From contig CAYXJN010000003.1 of the NCBI GenBank assembly GCA_964464605.1, positions 1 to 64,000 of the forward strand: a stretch of 64,000 bases of DNA, in the 5' to 3' direction. Each line of letters opens with the position of its first letter. Position 1 is the stretch's first letter. The notes under the pieces are model-generated. The model was given only the letters and a program-made list of their open reading frames with translations, was not told where the DNA came from and ran no database searches. Made by a program: the position numbers and the translations under genes. This DNA is from an uncultured Ignavibacteriales bacterium. Its GTDB lineage: Bacteria > Zixibacteria > MSB-5A5 > GN15 > FEB-12. Shown piece by piece: positions 31,502 through 40,434 of the stretch.

Positions 31502-31555
31502 TTCTGCGAAACGAAGCCGAATTAATTCCCTAAATACACCCTCGTTAGCATTGCC

Positions 31556-31584
31556 TTGACAGTCACATTCAGCGAAGCTATCTT
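31556..31584 (+). promoter_or_regulatory. Promoter of the R-M operon
   Basis: TTGACA-N17-TATCTT. Confidence 0.6.
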
Positions 31585-31706
31585 CGGACTCCATAAGGAG
31601 TTCGATTGCAAAATAGAAGGGCGAGTTGGATTGCTAGTTCTAATAACAATTCCTCAAAAGTGCGTTAGCAATGTCCGGTTTTATTTCTCCCATGTAGTCA
31701 TGGATT

Positions 31707-34076
31707 ATGAATAAGAAGGCACTTACTGAGGCGGATATCCGCACTAAATTCATCACGCCAGCTTTGGTTGGATTAAATAACAATAAGTGGAATTTGATGA
31801 CCCAAATTCGCGAAGAACATTACTTCACGAAAGGTCGGGTAATAGTTCGGGGGAAAACTGTCAAGCGCGGCGAAGCCATGAAAGCCGACTACTTACTTTC
31901 TTACAAACCGAACCTTCCCTTAGCCGTCCTTGAGGCAAAAGACAACAATCATTCAGTCAGCGATGGTATGCAACAAGCGCTCGAATACGCCGAGATTCTC
32001 GATGTTCCTTTCGCCTACAGTTCAAACGGAGATGCGTTCCTTGAACACGATCGTACTGTCACAAGTGGTATTGTCACACGCGAAATACCTCTCGACGAGT
32101 TTCCTACTCCAGAGGAACTCTGGAATCGTTATCGAAAGTCTAAAAACTACACGTCCGGCCAGGAAACCATTGCCACGCAAGACTACTACGACGACGGATC
32201 ACAAAAAACACCTCGTTACTACCAGCTAATTGCGATCAATCGTACCGTAGATGCCATTGCCCGAGGTGAGAACCGCATCTTGCTCATAATGGCAACCGGA
32301 ACAGGGAAGACCTATACAGCTTTTCAGATTATTTGGCGGCTTTGGAAATCCGGAGCCAAAAAACGTATTCTATTTCTTGTAGATCGCAACATCCTTGCCG
32401 ATCAAACCAAAACCAATGACTTTAAACCCTTCGGTCAAGCAATGACCAAGATTACCAACCGCACTGTCGATAAAGCCTTCGAAATTTACCTATCTCTTTA
32501 TCAAGCGGTAACAGGCACGGAAGAAGAACAAAATATTTACCAACAATTCTCTCCAGATTTTTTTGACTTAATAGTTATCGACGAATGTCACCGGGGGAGT
32601 GCCGCCGATGATGCCGCTTGGCGAAAAGTTCTAGAGTATTTTTCTTCAGCTACCCAAATAGGCCTTACTGCAACGCCAAAAGAAACCAAAGATATCTCCA
32701 ATATTGAATACTTTGGCGATCCAATTTATACGTACTCTCTGCGACAAGGTATTTCTGACGGCTTCTTAGCACCGTACAAAGTTGTCCGTATTGGCTTCGA
32801 CAAGGATTTAGAGGGCTGGCGACCAGAAGTCGGGCAAACAGACAAATATGATCAACTTATTGAGGACCGCGAATATAACGACCGTGATTTTGACCGTAAC
32901 CTAATCCTGGAAAAGAGAACAGAACTTGTAGCAGCCAAAGTAACCGAATTTCTCAAAGCAACCAACCGCTTCGCTAAGACAATCATTTTTTGCGAGGACA
33001 TTGATCACGCCGAGCGGATGCGACAAGCAATTGTAAATGCCAACCCCGACCTTGCGGCAGCGAATAGCAAGTACGTGATGCGCATCACAGGTGATAATGA
33101 TGAAGGCAAGGCGCAACTCGACAACTTCATCGATCCTGAATCTATATATCCCGTTATTGCCACTACCTCACGACTAATGTCTACCGGCGTAGACGCTCAA
33201 ACCTGCCATCTCATTGTTCTTGACCGTCGAATCGCTTCCATGACTGAGTTCAAGCAGATAATTGGGCGCGGCACCCGAATCAACGAGGACTACAACAAGT
33301 TCTTCTTTACGATTATGGACTTCAAACGAGCGACTGCGCTTTTTGCTGACCCTGACTTCGATGGTGACCCAGTTCAGATTTATTCTCCTGATCCAGATAA
33401 GTCTGTCGTACCACCAGACGAATCATCTGATGATCGAACGGAAGAAACGGACGACATCATCTTTTCAGATTCATTCGACGTTAATGAAGGGCAAGATTCA
33501 ATAAAAAGACCACCACGCTACACCGTAGATGACGTTGAGGTCAAAGTTGTTTCAGAACGAGAACAATACTTAGATGCGAATGGAAAACTTATCACTGGAT
33601 CGCTAAAAGATTATTCCCGCAAAACCGTACTCAAAGCGTTTGCCTCCCTTGATGATTTCCTAACTGTTTGGAACAGTGCCGAAAAGAAGCGTGTAATCAT
33701 AGAGGAACTTTCGGCCAAAGGCGTCTATTTCGACGAACTTGCGAAACAAGTGGGGCGTGATTATGACGCTTTTGATTTAATTTGTCATGTTGCTTTTGAC
33801 CAACCGCCTCTCACACGGAGAGAAAGAGCTGAAAAGGTAAAAAAACGAAACGTCTTTGCCAAATATGGCAACGAAGCCCGTTCTATTCTTGATGCTTTAC
33901 TTCAGAAATACTCGGATAACGGAATCACCAGTGTTGAATCCCTCGAAATACTTAAAGTCGATCCACTCACTAACTTCGGCACACCGATGGAAATTGTAAG
34001 TTTCTTCGGAGGTAAACCTGGTTATCTCGCTGCCATTCGTGAGCTTGAAATAGCCATTTATCAGAAAGTTGCTTGA
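31707..34076 (+). CDS. hsdR: Type I restriction endonuclease subunit R (EcoAI/EcoEI-like)
   Basis: Nuclease motif D-x13-EAK, ATGTGKT, DECH, TATP, QIIGRGTR. Confidence 0.96.
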   Translation: MNKKALTEADIRTKFITPALVGLNNNKWNLMTQIREEHYFTKGRVIVRGKTVKRGEAMKADYLLSYKPNLPLAVLEAKDNNHSVSDGMQQALEYAEILDVPFAYSSNGDAFLEHDRTVTSGIVTREIPLDEFPTPEELWNRYRKSKNYTSGQETIATQDYYDDGSQKTPRYYQLIAINRTVDAIARGENRILLIMATGTGKTYTAFQIIWRLWKSGAKKRILFLVDRNILADQTKTNDFKPFGQAMTKITNRTVDKAFEIYLSLYQAVTGTEEEQNIYQQFSPDFFDLIVIDECHRGSAADDAAWRKVLEYFSSATQIGLTATPKETKDISNIEYFGDPIYTYSLRQGISDGFLAPYKVVRIGFDKDLEGWRPEVGQTDKYDQLIEDREYNDRDFDRNLILEKRTELVAAKVTEFLKATNRFAKTIIFCEDIDHAERMRQAIVNANPDLAAANSKYVMRITGDNDEGKAQLDNFIDPESIYPVIATTSRLMSTGVDAQTCHLIVLDRRIASMTEFKQIIGRGTRINEDYNKFFFTIMDFKRATALFADPDFDGDPVQIYSPDPDKSVVPPDESSDDRTEETDDIIFSDSFDVNEGQDSIKRPPRYTVDDVEVKVVSEREQYLDANGKLITGSLKDYSRKTVLKAFASLDDFLTVWNSAEKKRVIIEELSAKGVYFDELAKQVGRDYDAFDLICHVAFDQPPLTRRERAEKVKKRNVFAKYGNEARSILDALLQKYSDNGITSVESLEILKVDPLTNFGTPMEIVSFFGGKPGYLAAIRELEIAIYQKVA

Positions 34077-34079
34077 TCT

Positions 34080-35531
34080 ATGCCTAATGTTACTAATCTT
34101 GTCAAAACCATTCAGGATATTATGCGTAAAGACGCCGGTACATATGGTGACGCGCAACGTCTCGAACAACTTGGCTGGATGTTCTTTCTAAAAATTTTAG
34201 ACGACCATCAAATTGAAATGGAAGTCCTTAAGGAGAGCTACAAGTCTCCACTCCCAGTGCACCTTCAATGGTCGAGCTGGGCAACTGACCCTGAAGGTAT
34301 TACAGGTGAAGGCTTGCTCGACTTCGTAAATAACATGCTCCTGCCAAAGTTGAAGACCTTGACTGCCGGAAATGATAAGATGGCTGGAGTAATCCGAATG
34401 GCTTTCGATGATGCCAATAATTATATGAAAAATGGTACGTTGATGCGGCAAGTCATCAACAAAATCAATGAAATTAACTTTAATATTTCAGATGACCGTC
34501 ACATGTTCGGTGACATCTATGAAAAGCTCCTAAAAGATCTTCAATCTGCTGGAAATGCAGGTGAATTCTATACGCCTCGCGCCGTAACTCAATTTATTGT
34601 CGAACAGGTGGATCCTCGACTTGGCGAAACCATCCTTGATCCGGCCAGCGGTACAGGCGGCTTTCTTGTTTGCGCAATCGAACACTTGCGCAAACAGGCA
34701 AAAACTGAATATGACCATAGAGTTATTCAAAACTGTTTCTCCGGCATTGAAAAAAAACATCTCCCACACATCCTTTGTATGACCAATCTCCTTTTGCACG
34801 GAATCGAAGTACCTTCAACTGTCCGCCATGATAACACTCTTGCCCGTCCATTACGGGACTGGTCTCCGAAAGAGCGTGTTGACGTGATCGTCACCAATCC
34901 CCCATTCGGGGGAATGGAAGAGGATGGCATCGAGTCAAACTATCCTGCTGAGTTCCGCACTCGTGAAACAGCTGATCTCTTTCTCGTGCTTATCATGAAA
35001 ATCCTAAAACCAGGCGGTCGAGCCGGACTTGTATTACCAGACGGTACTCTTTTTGGTGAAGGTGTAAAAACACGAATCAAAGAAGCCCTACTTACTGAGT
35101 GCAACTTGCACACGATAGTTCGACTACCGAATGGAGTTTTTAACCCCTATACCAGTATTCGAACAAACCTTCTCTTCTTTACCAAAGGTCAACCCACTAC
35201 TGAGGTCTGGTACTATGAACACCCATATCCTCCTGGAGCCAAAAGTTATAATAAAGGCAGACCCATTAGTATTAATGAATTTGTACCTGAACGTACGTGG
35301 TGGGACAATCGCGTGGAAAACGAGCAAGCGTGGCGAGTTTCCATCGATCAGATAAAAGCGAGCAATTACAGTCTTGATCTCAAAAACCCACATAACTCTG
35401 ACACCGGACCCGGTGACGTAGATCATCTTCTCCCAGAATACGAAAAACTTCTAAAACAGATTGCGGAAACTCGTGCTATTCTGAAAAAGGAACTCCAACA
35501 AGCGCTCACTACTGCTGGGACGGATTCATGA
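34080..35531 (+). CDS. hsdM: Type I R-M N6-adenine methyltransferase subunit
   Basis: GEFYTPR, DPASGTGGFL, NPPF, IVRLP.GVF.PY. Confidence 0.97.
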   Translation: MPNVTNLVKTIQDIMRKDAGTYGDAQRLEQLGWMFFLKILDDHQIEMEVLKESYKSPLPVHLQWSSWATDPEGITGEGLLDFVNNMLLPKLKTLTAGNDKMAGVIRMAFDDANNYMKNGTLMRQVINKINEINFNISDDRHMFGDIYEKLLKDLQSAGNAGEFYTPRAVTQFIVEQVDPRLGETILDPASGTGGFLVCAIEHLRKQAKTEYDHRVIQNCFSGIEKKHLPHILCMTNLLLHGIEVPSTVRHDNTLARPLRDWSPKERVDVIVTNPPFGGMEEDGIESNYPAEFRTRETADLFLVLIMKILKPGGRAGLVLPDGTLFGEGVKTRIKEALLTECNLHTIVRLPNGVFNPYTSIRTNLLFFTKGQPTTEVWYYEHPYPPGAKSYNKGRPISINEFVPERTWWDNRVENEQAWRVSIDQIKASNYSLDLKNPHNSDTGPGDVDHLLPEYEKLLKQIAETRAILKKELQQALTTAGTDS

Positions 35532-37111
35532 CGTCAAATATTTTTTTTGAGAAGTTTGAGCAATTCGCGGAGACTCCCAATGCAGTGGCAAAAATGCGCG
35601 AGTTAGTGTTACAACTCGCCACTTGTGGAAAACTGGTTATGCAATTGCCTGATGACGAACCTACCTCCATGTTGCTTACTCGCATTCATCAGCACTTTGA
35701 TTTACGACAAAACCGAAAGGAACCATTTGGGCTTAATTTAGAGCCGTTAAAACACGATAATCTTCCCGAGATCCCAGCGAGTTGGGAATGGGTGCGTCTC
35801 GGTAATGTCGTTGATTACGGTTCCTCGGATAAAGTGGAGTCCACCAACATCCCCGAAGACGCTTGGCTTCTGGACCTTGAGGACATTGAGAAGGATACCT
35901 CGCGTTTATTACAACGAAAGACATTTGGCCAAAGTCCTTCAAAGAGTACGAAGACTGCGTTCTTAGTGGGTGACGTTCTCTATGGGAAGCTTCGACCGTA
36001 CTTAAATAAAGTTATAGTCGCCGATGCTCCCGGTTATTGCACAACAGAGATAATTCCAATCCGCACATTTGGCTTCATAGAACCTGCCTATCTTTGTTAT
36101 GCGCTCAAACGACCGGCCTTTATCTCGTATGCAATTTCAAAAAGTTATGGGATGAATCTCCCAAGACTCGGGACAGAAGACGCTCAGCAGGCACCGTTTC
36201 CACTCCCACCCCTCGCTGAGCAAAAGCGAATTGTTACAAAGGTAGATGAGTTGATGGTGTTATGTGATCGGCTGGAGAAGCAGCAAAAAGAAAGAGAAAC
36301 ACAACATACTACGCTCGCCCGCGCTTCGCTATCCCGCTTTGCTGAAGCACCCACACCTCAAAATCTCGATCTACTCTTCCACCCATCTTTTATCATTACT
36401 CCAGACGACCTCCGCAAATCTATCCTTACTCTCGCGATCCAAGGCAAGCTTGTACCTCAAGACCCGAATGGCGAACCGACTACACCCTACTTAGAAAATG
36501 AAGCTCCTTTCAACATACCGCCTGGCTGGAAATGGAAACCGCTCGGCATTTTGGGCACATGTAAAACAGGAAAAACGCCACCCACAGGTGACCCAGTAAA
36601 TTACGGTGCAGGGTTTCCCTTTATCGGGCCGGGTCAAATCACATTCGGCGGCATCATAACCCCGCCAGAAAAAACACTAACCCAAACAGGGCTGGCGAAT
36701 AGCACAGAGGCATGTGCTGGAGATATCCTCATGGTTTGCATAGGAGGTTCTATCGGTAAAGCTGCAATTTGCAGTGAGACCGTTGGTTTCAACCAGCAGA
36801 TAAATTCGATTCGATTGGAGCGTGATCTTCCTACATTTGTGTACGGAGTATTCAAATCAGCCTATTTCCAAGAACAGATGCTTGCTCGCGCTTCAGGATC
36901 CGCAACCCCGATCATCAACAAAGGTAAATGGGAGCAAATTTTAATTCCTTTGCCACCCCTCGCCGAACAACACCGTATCATAGCCAAAGTGGATCAATTG
37001 ATGTCATTAGTTGATGAATTGGAAACACAGCTTGTAACCTCTCATGAAACCGGCAAGAAACTCATGGAAGCCATTGTTTCCGAACTTACCTCAGGAGTAA
37101 ACTATGCCTGA
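35528..37111 (+). CDS. hsdS: Type I R-M specificity subunit
   Basis: Two TRDs, each preceded by IP..W.W..LG and followed by PLPPLAEQ.RI..KVD.LM. Confidence 0.95.
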   Translation: MTSNIFFEKFEQFAETPNAVAKMRELVLQLATCGKLVMQLPDDEPTSMLLTRIHQHFDLRQNRKEPFGLNLEPLKHDNLPEIPASWEWVRLGNVVDYGSSDKVESTNIPEDAWLLDLEDIEKDTSRLLQRKTFGQSPSKSTKTAFLVGDVLYGKLRPYLNKVIVADAPGYCTTEIIPIRTFGFIEPAYLCYALKRPAFISYAISKSYGMNLPRLGTEDAQQAPFPLPPLAEQKRIVTKVDELMVLCDRLEKQQKERETQHTTLARASLSRFAEAPTPQNLDLLFHPSFIITPDDLRKSILTLAIQGKLVPQDPNGEPTTPYLENEAPFNIPPGWKWKPLGILGTCKTGKTPPTGDPVNYGAGFPFIGPGQITFGGIITPPEKTLTQTGLANSTEACAGDILMVCIGGSIGKAAICSETVGFNQQINSIRLERDLPTFVYGVFKSAYFQEQMLARASGSATPIINKGKWEQILIPLPPLAEQHRIIAKVDQLMSLVDELETQLVTSHETGKKLMEAIVSELTSGVNYA

Positions 37112-38210
37112 TCGTTCGCATCTATCTTTTGATCAAGAAGCAACTCTTGAAGAACTCGCCGGCGTCGGTAAGAATAACCGATTCAACGAAGCTATTGATG
37201 ATGAGGAGTTTGAGGAACTCCAGGTCATTTGTAAACGTGGAACAGAAGAAATTCGTCTCGCTAAACCGAGTCGAGCTTTCTATTTCGGTGACCGGATTCG
37301 TTACGAAGAGGAAGCCAAACGCTTCGATCAACAAGAGAAATCGCGCACGCTAAATACTGATCTGTTTCCTCGTAATCTATCTCGTTTTGAAGATCTTAAG
37401 AAATCCTGCCAGCGTGGCTTCGTCATCCCCTTTGTGGGTGCTGGCATGTCGAAAAGTGCCGGATGCCCGGAGTGGAAAGAATACCTTCTCAATTTTTGCG
37501 CAGAAGCGAACATAGACCCTGAAGCCACACGGGCTCGTCTTGAAGTAAACGGCGACTACGAAGGAGTGATGAATGACATCGTTACTACCCTCGGAGAAAA
37601 TCGCTTCAATCTCGACTTTGAACGCGATTTTAGAACACCTGATGTGATAACAGGGGCTGTAACACTGCTACCGAGACTTTTTGATAGTTGTGTGATTACT
37701 ACAAACTTTGATCGTATTCTTGAGAAAGTTTACGAAGAAGATGGCAAAACGTTTACCGAAAAAGTGACTGGTCGTGGCCAAGTCAGTGCATTTTTTCGTG
37801 CTATTCCTGCCGGAGAACGCTATCTATTGAAACTTCACGGTAATCTTGACAATGCAGTGGAACGGGTCCTAAACAGAGACGAATATAATACCGCCTATGG
37901 TAACGATGGTAACATCCAGGATGGTTGTTGTATTCCCAAACTTTTAAAGCGCCTATTCAGTAGTTACAGTTTTCTTTTCCTTGGTTGTAGTCTCTCTGCA
38001 GATCGTACAATCCAAACCTGTATGAGGGTTGCCCAACTTGAAGGGCAGGAGAACTTACCACATCACTATGCGTTGTTAGCGTGTCCGGAAAATGTAGACA
38101 AAAAGCGCATCATCGATCAGCGTCTCGCGGATGCCCACATCTCCCCAATCTGGTTTCCCGAAGGCGAATTCCAATACATAGAAGAGATTCTCCAACTCTT
38201 ACTCGATTGA
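37104..38210 (+). CDS. SIR2-like (SIR2_2) domain protein, putative NADase effector
   Basis: PFVGAGMS, ITTNFD..LE, LKLHG, FLFLGCSL. Overlaps the hsdS stop and has an AGGAG SD. Confidence 0.88.
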   Translation: MPDRSHLSFDQEATLEELAGVGKNNRFNEAIDDEEFEELQVICKRGTEEIRLAKPSRAFYFGDRIRYEEEAKRFDQQEKSRTLNTDLFPRNLSRFEDLKKSCQRGFVIPFVGAGMSKSAGCPEWKEYLLNFCAEANIDPEATRARLEVNGDYEGVMNDIVTTLGENRFNLDFERDFRTPDVITGAVTLLPRLFDSCVITTNFDRILEKVYEEDGKTFTEKVTGRGQVSAFFRAIPAGERYLLKLHGNLDNAVERVLNRDEYNTAYGNDGNIQDGCCIPKLLKRLFSSYSFLFLGCSLSADRTIQTCMRVAQLEGQENLPHHYALLACPENVDKKRIIDQRLADAHISPIWFPEGEFQYIEEILQLLLD

Positions 38211-38348
38211 TTGTTGTTACGTTCTGGCAAATGTGATATTCCCTCACCCCAATATCTTGGGGTTTGAGTCTTCCAGGACCCAAGACGCCCCCAAATCCCT
38301 TTGATGTGATTCTCACTTCGGGGATCAGCCATAGTTTGACTGGTAGCT

Positions 38349-38975
38349 ATGCAACCTGCTACCCTCCAAACCGTCGAGCAACTGCGCCAAACCCTGCTTA
38401 CCAAATGGCCGGACGCTACCCCTCGTGTCCCTCTCTACACCGTACCTGCTAACGGCGCTTCAGTTCAAAATCCCTTACAAATCGGTTTAGGGGAAATAGC
38501 CGAACTGTCCGGTACGGAATCATCCGGCAAGACTTCCCTCGCTTCCCGGATGCTCACAGCACAATCCCAAGAACCTGCCTACTGGCTTTCGTTGTTCGGC
38601 CGGGTCTATTTTCTCCCCACCACCCATAGGATTCACCTCGAAGTCGCAAGTCTCAAAGAAGCTATAACCGTTTGCCAGACTATCATCGGCGCGGCTGCTA
38701 TGCGTCGCATTGTTCTCGATTTATCAAACCTGCAATCTATCAAAATCAGCAAGGATGGCCTGACAGCTATATGGTACCATTTACGGAGAATCGTTGTTCG
38801 GCAGTACGCCCATCTGATTATCCTGACACCGGAGAACGCAACCTTGTTACCGGATAGCATCGTTACCAAAAAAATTCACGTTTCAAGGAATACGCACGGG
38901 GCAATTCAGGCACACATACTCAGAAGCCGAACGGGGGGTGAAGGGATGCACTATGTCGTTGCCGATACCGCCTGA
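38349..38975 (+). CDS. imuA: ImuA/RecA-like mutasome accessory protein
   Basis: GEIAELSGTESSGKTS P-loop, IVLDL; directly upstream of imuB-dnaE2. Confidence 0.75.
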   Translation: MQPATLQTVEQLRQTLLTKWPDATPRVPLYTVPANGASVQNPLQIGLGEIAELSGTESSGKTSLASRMLTAQSQEPAYWLSLFGRVYFLPTTHRIHLEVASLKEAITVCQTIIGAAAMRRIVLDLSNLQSIKISKDGLTAIWYHLRRIVVRQYAHLIILTPENATLLPDSIVTKKIHVSRNTHGAIQAHILRSRTGGEGMHYVVADTA

Positions 38976-40434
38976 CCGCCGGGTAGCTTGTGTCCTATTC
39001 CCTAATTTTTCGCTGAACAGGCGAATTACGCCTGACATTACCGAACTACCTGTTGTACTTACTCACACGACAGCTAAAGCGATTGTCGTCATCGCGCTGA
39101 ATCACTCGGCGCGACAACATGGTCTCGTGCCGGGCATGACACTCTCACAAGCCGAATCCTACTGTCGGACAGTCAAGCAAATTGCTTTCAATCGTGACCA
39201 AGACATCGAATATCTTGAGCAATTATCAGAACAATTTACCTCACTAACGCCGCGAATTGAAGTCGATAAATCTGAGATCGGGATTCTCTACATTTCCCTT
39301 CACGGCATTTTCCTACTCTATAAATCTGAGCAAGAATTCATCGACGCATTGGTAACAAAAGGGAAGCAAACCAAACTGCCGTTTCAGATCGGTGTTGCTG
39401 AAAACAAACTGCTTGCCCGGATGGTCGCACAGGACGCTACCGAAAATTCATACCTGATTCTTAATAAAGATAGCCAGACCGATTTTCTCTCCCCACTACC
39501 CATAGAACGACTGCAAACCGACCCATACGTTGCCGACCTCTTTGAGTCACTCGGTATTGATACCATTGAGAAACTCAAAACCATTCCCACCAATGAACTG
39601 GCGGCTCGCTTTGGCGAAACTGGCTCAAAGCTGGCAAACGATGCAAAGGGTATCGACCGAAGCCACTTTCATTTCAAAACAGAACAGGAAGTCACCCAAA
39701 TTACTAAGTGCCTCGATTATCCGCTTACAAATTCAGAATCTCTCTTGCAAGACCTACTGCCTGACCTGACTACTGCTTTGGAGAAACTCGCCGCCAGTAA
39801 TCGCGGGTGCAAGGCTCTTTTACTCAAATTCATCACCGAAAACAAGCAGTGCATCGTTAAACAAGTCACGATTGCCTATTCTTCTGCCAGCATTGCTGTT
39901 TTCCAGCGTCAAATTCGACTCGCTTTGCCAAACTACGATTTCGATTCCGGCGTAATTGAATGGCGGATTCAGCTATGCGAAATCTCACCTTTGCCCAACC
40001 AGCAAACTGACCTCGTTACCGCCGCTACAACTGTCATTCATTCTGACAGGTGTGTTGTTCAACAGCGCGTATTGACCGCTACAAAAGGATTCCTGCCGGA
40101 AGATTTCTCAGCATTACAAAACTCTGAGCAAACGGACACAGGCGAAAGTCAGACGACTTGCCTGTTTTCTCTCAAAACGGAAGGCTTGCGGTTATTCACT
40201 AATCCCCAAGTGGTATCAGTCATGGCTAAGGAGGGTATTCTTAACTTCTTTTCTTGGGAGCATACCGACTATCGCGTAAACAGACAGTTCGGGGCTTGGG
40301 TGCTTTCCGGTCGATGGTGGGACAAGCAGTATGAGCGTTGGTACTTTGAAGTCGTAACAACTGACTATGGCCGCTATCTGCTTTTCTTCGATGCACTCGA
40401 TTCACAATGGTATCTGCATGGCATTTATGACTGA
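38953..40434 (+). CDS. imuB: Y-family polymerase-like ImuB
   Basis: RVACV..P.F, ARQHGL.PGMTL.QA, LTPRIE, LGI.TI..L.....ELAARFG, C-terminal GRWW...R.YF...WYLHGIYD. Confidence 0.88.
   Translation: MSLPIPPDRRVACVLFPNFSLNRRITPDITELPVVLTHTTAKAIVVIALNHSARQHGLVPGMTLSQAESYCRTVKQIAFNRDQDIEYLEQLSEQFTSLTPRIEVDKSEIGILYISLHGIFLLYKSEQEFIDALVTKGKQTKLPFQIGVAENKLLARMVAQDATENSYLILNKDSQTDFLSPLPIERLQTDPYVADLFESLGIDTIEKLKTIPTNELAARFGETGSKLANDAKGIDRSHFHFKTEQEVTQITKCLDYPLTNSESLLQDLLPDLTTALEKLAASNRGCKALLLKFITENKQCIVKQVTIAYSSASIAVFQRQIRLALPNYDFDSGVIEWRIQLCEISPLPNQQTDLVTAATTVIHSDRCVVQQRVLTATKGFLPEDFSALQNSEQTDTGESQTTCLFSLKTEGLRLFTNPQVVSVMAKEGILNFFSWEHTDYRVNRQFGAWVLSGRWWDKQYERWYFEVVTTDYGRYLLFFDALDSQWYLHGIYD

Noticed and set aside
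35541..35548. T8 tract at the hsdS 5' end as a phase-variation switch, or an hsdS shufflon
   Set aside because: The tract is short and in frame; no extra hsdS half-genes, inverted repeats or invertase were seen.
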